A stretch of DNA of 64,000 bases from Carpediemonas membranifera BICM. Its lineage: Eukaryota > Protista > Fornicata. The notes under the pieces are model-generated. The model worked only from the letters and a program-made list of their open reading frames with translations, had not been told where the DNA came from and did no database searches. Of the stretch, positions 54,301 through 63,388 are shown one piece after another (position 1 is the first letter of the stretch; every line of letters begins with the position of its first letter). Both the position numbers and the translations under genes were made by a program. The stretch spans positions 656,214-720,213 of the forward strand of contig JAHDYR010000053.1 in the NCBI GenBank assembly GCA_019828565.1, given 5' to 3'.

Positions 54301-54624
54301 GCGACGACTCCGTCCATGCTCGTCTGGTCGATCGAATCGGCTGTGTCCTGGGTCATCGAGTACAAGGCTCCTGTCAGGCCGGACTTCAGCGCTCTGATTG
54401 ATGCACACATGAATGAGGGGCTTCGAGAGGAGCAAGCAAGTCCCGAGCCGGCTCCCCCGCCAAAGCCTGTGTTTGTCACGCATTTGTCGGATGCGATGAA
54501 GGAGATTGTGTCTGGATCTGCGGATCCAGTAGCGGTCGAAGATTTGGCGGGTCGCGTGCAATCTATGATGAGTAACTTTGAGACTCGGCTCAAGATGATG
54601 GATGGCGACGATGAAGAGGCCTGA
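51352..54624 (+). CDS. WDR90/POC16-like centriolar protein (CFAP20-like domain + WD40)
   Basis: N-terminal LKGRYLYIQL...LRISNLY...WATIVVDL...C.V..V.TSD.LY (CFAP20/DUF667-like), a low-complexity linker, then WD40 (RSHT...CGLDRSVRLWD). Confidence 0.7.
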   Translation: MGCQSLFKRLNMLSDKPDCSVFPPRRNISELYHIDSSIKRNSLSLKGKISEMRFSGPKNPWIESNGLKGRYLYIQLAPDLSRLGPKPHFSLFVYLNVKGSASICLRISNLYQSASHDTRQHVSIVPVTLDKWATIVVDLHELVTGVHGRDAHLSVRQVHINSSCAVHDVITSDELYDPDRMPTELWLPRPAGMAYSALFDWIVVDTTTRPVIVKSTPRTVKRGTKKTAPTPKQTTPPATVPSPADSTPEIVPAVTEPTTRPKSARAKGSRPKSAPAVGNDADTQTTPMIAQTPQIAQHSSKPHPKSSRKPAKKSPSGLTPLLNALPVAPTSPPPPPAAVPSPFGQTAVLGQAGNSAVFDSTGRTLIFPAGDRLAVLALDDMTQPRKLLEAHGAAVIGLGSAVHRDLVASVDSCMTLRLWNMELCACVAKVQLPGFPSRQPRAVIAVSDFGEAVLVSGRDSQGRMRTVLIGTALLVAKTPAHTVSGLVLPLATPVSLPVTTLDMRRVNKAEVGLTCPILPAENPETTAEADQVSPVFLRATDVCSDLEEPKSISFLPTSNDKFVIAQSNAIRFCRHHMGNIRHINFPMTGVTGVAVSRVNTDAIHVATTTGLTDISISDRSIHPFRGEPLDAVVTTSTNLVTVSSAGVLCAHDRFSVELGPVVFIAASPLDTHVVTVGVDSTVTLVCLDTHASTSLVRSHTKPVSDACTVVTSSMFVTCGLDRSVRLWDSDTLQQRVEFSFGDETTTVSLFGEYILSANGTKLNILSPETLGALHSLELLSSVASITPDLEHARVYVATADETVAAIAFDHGEPAVAKLTKHVISPQCKRWGITTGPGAIVTIAPSHALLCVMARPSLAVQHVIKLSKEYLAVAVAFCGRDTVAALVHKGNDKNFSIHIYSISTGHRVSSQPLGLLAGYPEEVFRYYTGEHPMPPLLVSPDNSLVFAPGPAIGSLWVVDVSGQLQPTPVTLCGSTISGMAFQLNATTPSMLVWSIESAVSWVIEYKAPVRPDFSALIDAHMNEGLREEQASPEPAPPPKPVFVTHLSDAMKEIVSGSADPVAVEDLAGRVQSMMSNFETRLKMMDGDDEEA

Positions 54625-54777
54625 GCAGCGAGCGCTGTTTTGTATACCATCGCATCCATGTGATTTAAATATATTCGCGCTCGTGTTTTTACAGTCCAAC
54701 GAGAACTGACAACATGATCGAGCTCGTACCCCACGATGCAGACACCGACTATGATCCCTAAACAATCTTTAAACTTC

Positions 54778-57450
54778 TTACAACAACAGCGTCTTGACAA
54801 CATCCGAGACTCTGAGTGTCACAAGGTCCTCGTAGCGCTGGCCGTTACCGACATAGGCGATCGGGACATTGGTTGTGTGTACCATCGTGATCGCCGCGCC
54901 AACCTTCGTCTCTACGGCATCATACTTTGTCAGCACGATGCCGTCGATCAGATGAGGTGTCGGCCGGTCAGAGTAGGATGCGAGCGCCTCGTTGAACGCC
55001 GTCAGCTGGCTCACAGCCTCGCCGCCAACAAGGGCCTCGCCAACGAAGAGCACGCGGTCTGGCCGAGCAGTGTCGACAAGATTCGTGAGTTGACGCATCA
55101 GGTTGGAGTTACCCTGCATCCGCCCGGCCGTGTCGATGAGCAACACGTCCCTGCCTTGCCCAGTGGTCTCATTAATGGCGAATTTGGCAACATTGGCGGG
55201 TGTGGTGCTGTAGCCCGACTCAATCAAATCAACGCCGAGTCGTGTAGCGTGGAGCTTAAGCTGCTCGATAGCACCCGACCTGAAGGTGTCGCATGCGGCC
55301 ATAGAAACGGTGAGGCCAGCGTCGGTGCACAGCGCGGCGACCTTGGCGAGGGAGGTACTGTTGTGTGTTACGACCATCTCGCGGTTGATGATGAATCGTG
55401 CGTTGCCGTCGATGGTGAAGCCGTAGTAGTCGTCCTCCGGCAGCCGCTCGACCGTGAAGGCCTGGCGGTGTTGGTCAGGCTGGGGGCGGCTGGACTCAAC
55501 CCGCAGAGGAAGGCGGGCCAGGTCGCCCGTGATCTCGCCAGACTTGGTCACGAACAGGCCCAAGGAGCGGGCCATGAAGGCGGCGTCGTCGACCAGACCC
55601 CTGGAGCCGGACTGGTAGCCGTTGGTGTCGACCAGGCCGGCCAGACACTGGCGCCGGGCCTCGGCGGGCCCGTACTTGATGGCTGGGGGAACGCGCTTGC
55701 CGTACGGACGCATGGCCTCGACGGGGTCGCGGTTGGGGAGGAGCTCCTCGATCGCCTCGAGGACGGCGGCGGGGGTGTCCTCGGGCATGGCGTCGTCCCA
55801 GGCGGCCCCGAGCCAGGCCCCGACGACGTATGGGTGGACGGGGACGGCGGGGTCGGCCCGGCCGTGGAAGGAGAGCTCGGGGGCGATGACGGCCTTGAGC
55901 TCGGCACGGATGGCGTCGGGGAGGGCGAAGAAGGATTCGACGGAGATGTCGAAGACGCCGTCCGCCGGGACGTAGAGGGGGTTGCCGGCCAGTGACGCCA
56001 GCCAGCCCTCGGCGACGGCCCTGGTGTCGAACTGCTGGGACTCGAGCTGGATGGCGGTGGCCCCGCCATCCAGACCCAGGCTGAGTCTGTACGCCGCGGC
56101 AGCCCACCCCTTGCCCTCGACCTCGGCCAGGCGCTGGGGTTCGGGCAGGGCTACCGTGAGGATATGGGCCATGTTGCACGTGAACTTTGCCCCACCCTGG
56201 AGGCTGACCCGCGCCATCTCCTGTCGGCCGGTGGTGACACTGCCCACGGTCCTGGGGGTGCCGTCGTCGCCCATCAGTATGTCACCGACGACAACATCCT
56301 GCACGGGCTTGAACTCGCCGTCGGCCATGAGCACGGGCGTGTCCTTGCCGAGACACTTGCCGACGCCGTTCACACCGACGAAAGCAATGACATAGGGCCT
56401 TCCGTTGCGGCGCTCTCTCTTGTGCTGCTCCGCCTCCGCCAGGACGTCGATGGTTCCGTGTGTGGACAGAATACCGGCCATCGTCGTCGAGACGGCCTCG
56501 GTCACGGCCCGGGAAACTCGCATGCCCGTCCTCCCGCCCTGCATGTCCTGGCGTACGCGGTCACAGATGCTGTCGGCAACATCAACGGCCACGTTTCGCT
56601 CGATGAGTCTGCTGCGGAGGGCCTTGAGAGCGCTGCTGACGTCGGCGTCACCCCTGCGGAACATGGAGAGGATGCGAGACGTGCTCTCGATCTCATCGAG
56701 GTTCACATGGTCAGACTCGATCACACGGGACTTCGTCCTCTTGTACGGCCCCTCGGCCTTCTTCTCGGTCTGCTTATGCTCCGTGAGCGCGGCGATCTCA
56801 TCCTTCTCCTCCTGGGTGACCTGGCCGGCCCACTTGCGGCCCTCCTTGCCATCCTTCCCCTTCTTGCCGTCCTTATCTTTGCCCTTGCCGCGAGGGATAT
56901 AGGCCGAGGGGCCGCGGGCCTGCTTCGGTGAGACCCGTGCCATCAGCGAGGTCAGCTCGTCGATGTCAAGAGTCCTGTCTGCCTCTTCGTTGGACGAAGG
57001 GGACGAGGCCGCAGACCCTGTGGGGCCAGCGGCCTTGGTGTTGGCGCTGTTGGCCGAGCCGCCGCCCCTGAGCGATCGGGCAACGATGCGGGAATACTCG
57101 GCGTCGAAGTCAAGTAGCTTCGTCGGGTTATCGGTGATCTTGGCGGGGAAGGCCGCCAGGAACCCATCGGCCAAAGCGGCAAGGATGTCGTCGCCATGCA
57201 TCTTGCTGGCAAGGATGCGCTGGACAATCAAAACAAAGAAAATGCCTCGGACGTTGTCCCGAAGGCACTTGAATGCGAATTGGGAGGCTTCAGGCTGCCC
57301 CTTCTTGAAATCAGCGAGGCTACCTCTCCCAACCAGGTGAAAAGCGATCAATTCGTTGACAAGACACATAAGGGAGTTAGCCTTAGCAGAATCGTCAGCG
57401 TGGTGATAAAGAACAACGCCTCCTGTCGTTGCGACGGTGAAAAGCTCCAT
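54778..57450 (-). CDS. SRPRA: Signal recognition particle receptor alpha subunit precursor containing an intein
   Basis: N-terminal SRX (ATTGGVVLY), NG domain with GVNGVGK|STSLAK, ACDTFRSGAIEQL, IDTAGRMQ, FVGEALVG and IDGIVLTKYD. 558 aa remain after intein removal. Confidence 0.95.
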   Translation of the reverse strand: MELFTVATTGGVVLYHHADDSAKANSLMCLVNELIAFHLVGRGSLADFKKGQPEASQFAFKCLRDNVRGIFFVLIVQRILASKMHGDDILAALADGFLAAFPAKITDNPTKLLDFDAEYSRIVARSLRGGGSANSANTKAAGPTGSAASSPSSNEEADRTLDIDELTSLMARVSPKQARGPSAYIPRGKGKDKDGKKGKDGKEGRKWAGQVTQEEKDEIAALTEHKQTEKKAEGPYKRTKSRVIESDHVNLDEIESTSRILSMFRRGDADVSSALKALRSRLIERNVAVDVADSICDRVRQDMQGGRTGMRVSRAVTEAVSTTMAGILSTHGTIDVLAEAEQHKRERRNGRPYVIAFVGVNGVGKCLGKDTPVLMADGEFKPVQDVVVGDILMGDDGTPRTVGSVTTGRQEMARVSLQGGAKFTCNMAHILTVALPEPQRLAEVEGKGWAAAAYRLSLGLDGGATAIQLESQQFDTRAVAEGWLASLAGNPLYVPADGVFDISVESFFALPDAIRAELKAVIAPELSFHGRADPAVPVHPYVVGAWLGAAWDDAMPEDTPAAVLEAIEELLPNRDPVEAMRPYGKRVPPAIKYGPAEARRQCLAGLVDTNGYQSGSRGLVDDAAFMARSLGLFVTKSGEITGDLARLPLRVESSRPQPDQHRQAFTVERLPEDDYYGFTIDGNARFIINREMVVTHNSTSLAKVAALCTDAGLTVSMAACDTFRSGAIEQLKLHATRLGVDLIESGYSTTPANVAKFAINETTGQGRDVLLIDTAGRMQGNSNLMRQLTNLVDTARPDRVLFVGEALVGGEAVSQLTAFNEALASYSDRPTPHLIDGIVLTKYDAVETKVGAAITMVHTTNVPIAYVGNGQRYEDLVTLRVSDVVKTLLL
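55360..56355 (-). mobile_element. Class 1 intein (332 aa) with degenerate LAGLIDADG homing endonuclease
   Basis: Block A CLGKDTPVLMADG, B FTCNMAHIL, C-like PYVVGAWLGAA, D KRVP, E LAGLVDTNG, H MARSLG, F DDYYGFTIDGNARF, G VVTHN, +1 Ser. Confidence 0.96.
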
Positions 57451-57763
57451 TCTCGAGAACTGTTGACTATTTAGCGCGGCTTAAATAGGCCGTGTCAGAG
57501 GGCTGCTTGTCATGACTCATGGCTGATGAATTGCCGAGGGGTGGGAAGGGCATGCCAGTGGGATGGCTTGGCTCGAGGATCGTCCGGAAACGGGGTTGAT
57601 CTCTCCAGGGCGGGTCAATGTTTGACAGACTTTGGCACGAGCAGCATGACATACAGATGAACATTATCAGTGCATGCCGACGAGTATTTCACATGACATG
57701 AGTCAATGCTCGATCGGGAGCCGCCCATGTCCAAAAACTATGTGACGGAAATAAACGCAGCAT

Positions 57764-58222
57764 TTAGATATCATCGATATCGGAAGGCTCCTCCTCATCA
57801 GCGAACTCGATGCCGTACTCGTCGTTGGGGACGACGCCAAGCTCCTCGCCCTCACGCTCGGCCATAGCCTGCTCCATGGCCTGCTGGAACTCAGCGGGGA
57901 TCTCGCCATACTTGCGGAGAGCACGGGCTTCGTCGGGCTTGTAGCGGATGATAACATCGGCCTTCTCATCCTGGAAGTCGCGGAGAGCGATGAGAACAAT
58001 ATCACCGACGTTGATCCACTCCTTCTTGCGCAACTTGCCGCGGATGTGGCACTGACGCTTCTTGCCGTCAAGGCAGAATGCCTCAAGACGACCGTTGCCG
58101 AGCATCTTGAGAACCTGCGCGTACTCCTGAGAATCCTCCTTGAACTCAAGATCGCGGGAACCCTGATCGTGCTTCTTGCTCTTCTGACGGTTCTTCGCTT
58201 GACCACCCTTTTTGCCAGCCAT
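57764..58222 (-). CDS. EIF1A: Translation initiation factor eIF1A
   Basis: [22 protein letters not shown]...[10 protein letters not shown]...LRDFQD.KADVI and acidic DIDDI tail. Confidence 0.97.
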   Translation of the reverse strand: MAGKKGGQAKNRQKSKKHDQGSRDLEFKEDSQEYAQVLKMLGNGRLEAFCLDGKKRQCHIRGKLRKKEWINVGDIVLIALRDFQDEKADVIIRYKPDEARALRKYGEIPAEFQQAMEQAMAEREGEELGVVPNDEYGIEFADEEEPSDIDDI

Positions 58223-58400
58223 TATACTGTGTTAGGAGCGTTTCAATGGAAAGACGAACAGAAGCAGCGATATGCGAAATGAACCAATCATGCACACTTC
58301 TGGACGAAAATATAAAATTGCAAGCTGCTTTCTAGGGGCACACCAAGTAGATGCTCGGCGTGTGAGTACTTCTGGGCCATCCCCTTCGACCACGCATTTT

Positions 58401-60494
58401 ATGCTTACGACCATGGAGGCGAGCGAACTGACGGACAAGGCCCGCGATCTTCAGTCCGTATGTTTGGGCAAGGCTAAAGAGCTTGAGGAGCTGATCACAG
58501 TTGTGCAGAGGGCTTTTGATAGACGAATGGCCGCCAACGCGCCAATTAGCGCCGCGGAGCAGCGCCAGTACCTCAACCAGTTATTTCCTATCAATGGAAG
58601 GCTAGTAGACTATCATGAGCAGCATTCTAATCTAGAGAAGCGCTTCCATGATTCTCTTTTGCGCCGCAACTCCAACGAGGCCGCCGCGAGCCTCTCCACA
58701 GAGCGTATCCAAGTGGAGCATTCCATTGTATCCAATGCAGTGAAGGGACTGCAGGTTGAATCCAACCACACTAAGGTTGTCCTCCTCGACAGAGCCAAGT
58801 ATCTCCCCCCGCGGATCGAGAGTATTACCGACGCCGCTGACGTCATATACAAGATAGAGGAAGACATAGAGCAGCGTAAGGCGATCATAGCTGACCTGTC
58901 AAAGAAGAACGAGTCATTGGCGATGCAAGTCCACATTGCCAACGCCGCGGCCGACCGCCTTACCAAGGCCCCCAAGGAGGTCGCAAGCATCATCACTCCC
59001 GCGCTGAACAACTTCAAGCGCGCCACTCCCCTGCTGCAAACCGAGCTCACACTGGCCAACTCTGGTGCTGAAGACGAGGCGCTGAAGAAGATGGTACAGC
59101 CTCTACGGTTTCTGATGACCCAGCTGATGTCTGTCCGTGCGCTTGCCAAGGCCGCCCGGGTCAGGACACCGTGGGATTTTACCGTGGAGGCGGGCACTAT
59201 TGACGAGGACGACGACGATGAGGAGGAGGAGGAGGCTGATAGCGACAGTCCAGTGGAGAAAGAACGCTTCGTCGTCGCCAAGGTCGTCTTCACGGACTTC
59301 TCCCCCCATACAGACGACTCGGAGCCTGAGGACGAAACCGACTCAGACTACGACAGCGACGGGAAGAGGCGGAGGAAGCGGACCCAGCGTGATCGGATGT
59401 ACCAGGAGCAGACGAAGCTCGGGGACGATATGAGGAGGGCACGGGCGGCTAGACTCAGGATCCAGGAGGAGCTCAGACGCCACCGCACCATCACCCTGCT
59501 CTTCACGTTCGTCAGCGAGCTGGGACGGGTGCTTGTTCGGTGTCCGGAGGAGGAGGTGCTGCCGTACCTCATCGTCCCGGGGTCTGGGCCCGCTATTGGC
59601 ATAGACGTCCTCTCCAATGAGGTAGTAGCCGCCAATGAGCACCGCGGAGTGCCCTTGAAGTGGGTGCAGGCTCTTGCAGGACTGCCCCAACTCTCGGAGG
59701 GCGCCACTCCCAAGCGGTGTCTCCGGCCTCTGGTCCTGGAGATGCCAGCAATTATCAGCAGGTCCTTCGTTCTCCTAGAGGCTTTAGACGCCCTCGCCGA
59801 CCCCTTCATGGAGAATACACGGCCAAGACATGGTCGCCCCGCCGCTGCACTGGGCTGTGCGGCTCTCAAGGGCTGCCCCCTCGCTGATTTGATCGGAGTC
59901 GAGTCATCAGTGCTTCTGTCGCCGTACGACCGAGCATTGACCCCCCATAGGTTCGCCGTTCCTGTGGCATCGACGGACTTTGTCGTGAAACAGAAGCTCT
60001 CGTGCATTGTGGCAACTGAATCCGTTAACCACGAGGATTGTGCCTATCAGTATAGCTTTGTCGCCTTTATCGCGGTCGCACCAAACTCGGACAAGGTCGT
60101 GCTCGCCGACTTCAAGATCCTCAGGCCCGACGGGACCGGAAACATCGCTACACTGCCGTTCAACGGACAGAGGCTCGCTGCGTATCAACGTGCGGTGATT
60201 TCGCACGTTAACCGCGTCGTTTCACGATCTTCCTCCCCAGTCGTGAAGAAGTCTGTCCTGCTGGCTCAGACGCTGCATCTGTGCACCGCTTCCCTTGCGG
60301 TGGGGCTGTTCTTCCACGGCGAGCTCAGCATCAGACGCGACATCCATCGCCTGGCCCTGTTGACCAACCCCTTCTCGGAGTTCGCGGCGACCGGCCCTAA
60401 CAATTCACTGTGGCTCAGAGGCCGGCGCCTGCTGCCCCCCATGGAGTGGGTGCAGGCCCGGGGAGGGTCTCCCAGCCTGGTACATGTCCGCTGA
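58401..60494 (+). CDS. THO complex subunit 5 (THOC5/FMIP)-like protein
   Basis: IEEDIEQRK...PALNNFKRATPLLQ...MVQPLRFL, an acidic patch plus KRRRK, and GVPLKWVQALAGL (compare THOC5 GHPYxWVQxLxGL). Confidence 0.6.
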   Translation: MLTTMEASELTDKARDLQSVCLGKAKELEELITVVQRAFDRRMAANAPISAAEQRQYLNQLFPINGRLVDYHEQHSNLEKRFHDSLLRRNSNEAAASLSTERIQVEHSIVSNAVKGLQVESNHTKVVLLDRAKYLPPRIESITDAADVIYKIEEDIEQRKAIIADLSKKNESLAMQVHIANAAADRLTKAPKEVASIITPALNNFKRATPLLQTELTLANSGAEDEALKKMVQPLRFLMTQLMSVRALAKAARVRTPWDFTVEAGTIDEDDDDEEEEEADSDSPVEKERFVVAKVVFTDFSPHTDDSEPEDETDSDYDSDGKRRRKRTQRDRMYQEQTKLGDDMRRARAARLRIQEELRRHRTITLLFTFVSELGRVLVRCPEEEVLPYLIVPGSGPAIGIDVLSNEVVAANEHRGVPLKWVQALAGLPQLSEGATPKRCLRPLVLEMPAIISRSFVLLEALDALADPFMENTRPRHGRPAAALGCAALKGCPLADLIGVESSVLLSPYDRALTPHRFAVPVASTDFVVKQKLSCIVATESVNHEDCAYQYSFVAFIAVAPNSDKVVLADFKILRPDGTGNIATLPFNGQRLAAYQRAVISHVNRVVSRSSSPVVKKSVLLAQTLHLCTASLAVGLFFHGELSIRRDIHRLALLTNPFSEFAATGPNNSLWLRGRRLLPPMEWVQARGGSPSLVHVR

Positions 60495-60726
60495 GGGGGT
60501 GTCGATGATATATAAATGCCCCGGTCCGACTACTGTTTTCTCGCTGATTCATTTGGGAGATGGCATGGTTCTTTCGTTGGCCAGACGCACTCATCTAGTC
60601 CGCACCTCAAACTACCACAATGCAATGACGATGCCACAATCTCCACTGTTGACCCTGCTCTCTCCCATAAAGCTGCCGCCACGTCTCCAGTCATATTTAC
60701 ATTATACATGTATCGGGCTATCCGGA

Positions 60727-61821
60727 TTACTCGTCGTTGTTGCCACGAAGCGTGTTGAGGGCAGCAAAGCGTGCCTCAAGGCTCTGCTCCACTGAGCTAA
60801 ACGGAGAACGCTGACCTGACTGCCCGAAGACGTTGCCCGCGGGTGGCTGAAGGGGGCTAGGTTGTCCGCTCCCGCTGTTGACATTGGGGAACATGGGCTC
60901 CTCAGGCTCGGGTCTGACCTCGGGCTGGGGCTCGGGCTTTGGCGAGGGGGGCGGGGGCTGGGCAGGCTCGCTGGGCGGCATGGGCGGGGGGTTGGACGGC
61001 GCCAAGTCCTGGGGTTGCGAGTAGTGCTGAGGCGGGGCCTGAGGCTGCCAGGTCTGGGCGGCTTGTCCCGAGGGATACATGCCCTGGGCTGCGGCGTAGT
61101 ACTGCTGCTGCTGGGGCTGTCCGAAGGGGCAGGGATCGACCGTGGACTGCGGAGGGGCCTGTCGAGGGTCATATGCAGGCTCGACGTTGTAGCTGTGGGT
61201 GCCCGGGTTAACGGTGGCAAAGTCTGGCGCGTGAATAGGCTGGGGGTCAGAGGCGATGTCGGGAAGCTGCTCGTCGGGGATGATGGCCGAAATGTCGATC
61301 TGGCGCTCAGCGGCGAGGGTGCGGAGGCTATGCATGACGAGCGACATATCGGGGATCTTGGCCTGGAGCTTGCTGATCACATAAGGGTCGACGAACCCGT
61401 CCTTGTTCTCTAGCACGGACTTGACGAACTTCTTGCCGTACTTCTTCATGAAGTCCTCCTTGATGACGGCAAACTCCTTGATCTCTGACTCCTTGGAGGC
61501 CCAGATGACAGTGCAGACGGCCTCTCTAATAGACTCGGGGCATGCAGGCTCGCTTGTGACGAGGTGAAGGCGTGCGGTAATCAGCTCCAAGTATCCTCGG
61601 AGGATCTCGTTAGCCTCCATCAGAAACTCCTCGCGAATGATCTGTTCCTGCTTAATTCTGGGAAGCTGAATGCTCTTCCCCGCCTTCAGGAGGCCGACGA
61701 TTGCGTTGGTCTCTTGAGAGACAAGGTTCCTTTTCGTGTTCTGGCTGATGTTAATCCGAGCTTGGGCTTGTGCGATATGCATCTTCAAGTTCAGTTCATC
61801 TTTGGAGTTAAACGAGGGCAT
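60727..61821 (-). CDS. IST1: ESCRT-III-associated IST1 homologue
   Basis: EQIIREE...EIL..YLELI.AR, EAVCTVIWA, KYGKKF, a Pro-rich linker and C-terminal MIM LEARFAAL. Confidence 0.88.
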   Translation of the reverse strand: MPSFNSKDELNLKMHIAQAQARINISQNTKRNLVSQETNAIVGLLKAGKSIQLPRIKQEQIIREEFLMEANEILRGYLELITARLHLVTSEPACPESIREAVCTVIWASKESEIKEFAVIKEDFMKKYGKKFVKSVLENKDGFVDPYVISKLQAKIPDMSLVMHSLRTLAAERQIDISAIIPDEQLPDIASDPQPIHAPDFATVNPGTHSYNVEPAYDPRQAPPQSTVDPCPFGQPQQQQYYAAAQGMYPSGQAAQTWQPQAPPQHYSQPQDLAPSNPPPMPPSEPAQPPPPSPKPEPQPEVRPEPEEPMFPNVNSGSGQPSPLQPPAGNVFGQSGQRSPFSSVEQSLEARFAALNTLRGNNDE

Positions 61822-62103
61822 TTTCTTTCGTTCTTGTTCTTGCTCGTTTGGGTGCGGATCGCAGATCTGACCCCAGACTATTTCCGGGAGGCAGTCTGCG
61901 AATTGAGTGGATGTTAGAGGTCTGAAGGGAACGCTACCTGACAATGCTCATGGTGTAAAGTTCAATTTCGCCTCGGTTCCCATTTCAACGCCGTAAATGT
62001 GAATGTGAAGATCAGACTGAAGAGAAACTTGCTATCACTATCACTGACAACAGCTAATTCTCTTCTGCGGGACCCGCGGGCTGTCGTTGCACCCGCGCAC
62101 TTT

Positions 62104-63388
62104 ATGCAAAATTCAGCACCGAAATCGGCAGTGATCACAGCTGGCTCCTCATACCAGATGCTGCCAAACAATCTTAGTGCAAATTCTCCTATTTCATCTC
62201 AAAATGCAAGGCCAGCTCGCTCAGCCGACGAACCCAAATCGATACGCGGGGCTGTTGGCTTTCCCCCGGTTCCAGCGGATGGCGTGAGCACCATGATCAC
62301 CCAAAAGACGTTCGAGATTCCACTAATTTACAATGCTAGCCCCAAGTGGCGCACAAGCACTGCTGTATGTTTAGATCCACCGTCATTCCCTAACACAGCT
62401 CAAGGAGCAGCGGAAAGCCGACTTCCTCCGCGGCACCCAGGAGACCATACGCCAGACCGTCCAGTATTACAAGACGACAGCCCAGCGCCAGGTCGAGAAG
62501 GAGGAGTTTGAGTTCAAGCGAGACAGCAAGGCCGGAAAGATGACCCGGACCGAACTACTGGAGAAGAGGCGGCAGGAGGCACTCAACCAGTCCCATAAGA
62601 GCCCTCCAGAGTTGCCCAAGTTCACTGGCCTTGACCAGCCATTCTATAACGTTCTCACGATGACTGCCCCGCCCGGATCAACGGCCACAACTCGGAACTC
62701 AAGGCGAATGGCGATAGCGGCAAAGCACAGGAAGAAGCTGGACTTCACCGACGAGGAGGAGCCCAGCCGTGACGACCCTCACAAGGTCAACTGGCGAACG
62801 AAGACTGTCAGCAACAAGGTCGGCAATAAGATCCCGAGGTTCGATCAGGTTGACGGGCCGCTGCAGTCAGCGAAGATCCCATACCCCTTCCCGCTCAGGC
62901 CGGGCCGAAAGCACTCGGCCAAACCTCGGTTCACGACGACGATCGACCGGACAGATAGTGAGGTCGGATTCATCGATGCCATGGTCCGAGACGCATCTAA
63001 TGAGGAGATCATAGGTCCAATGTACTCATCATTTACTCCGGATAACATCTTCCGCGAGCCCCAGCTCCCAAAGCCCAAGAGAGACGTCCCGCCGATCAAC
63101 AAGGAGGCGTCAGAGGCAGAGGCAATGATCAGGCCGGTAGAGGCCATTGCACCTGAAGCACTGGGCCAGAGGATGCAGGCTGTGGTCCTTGGCCGCAGCA
63201 TTGCACCAAGGGGGTCACGGATCATGCGGTTCGATCTCCAGGCCCTGAAGAGTGGCAGAGTTGGTGAGAATCCGCGGGTTAGCGATGCCGGGGTGAGGCC
63301 TGGGCAGCTCAAGAGGCCCGTGTCATGCCCGCCCGGTTCTGTGCGGATGGGCGGGTTCGATCGCATGTCTCATCTCTCAGTCAGGTGA
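62104..63388 (+). CDS. Hypothetical basic protein (intron 62365-62398)
   Basis: A 34-nt GTATGT...CTAACACAG intron joins the 61999 ORF frame to the 62540-63388 ORF. Confidence 0.65.

Noticed and set aside
54736-55995. 419-aa plus-strand ORF overlapping the intein
   Set aside because: Antisense shadow of GC-rich SRalpha/intein coding sequence.
55360-56355. Insert read as an intron or a hedgehog-type Hint domain
   Set aside because: It is in frame, lacks GT-AG ends, splits a P-loop, and has the HN/S+1 C-terminal splice junction plus LAGLIDADG remnants.
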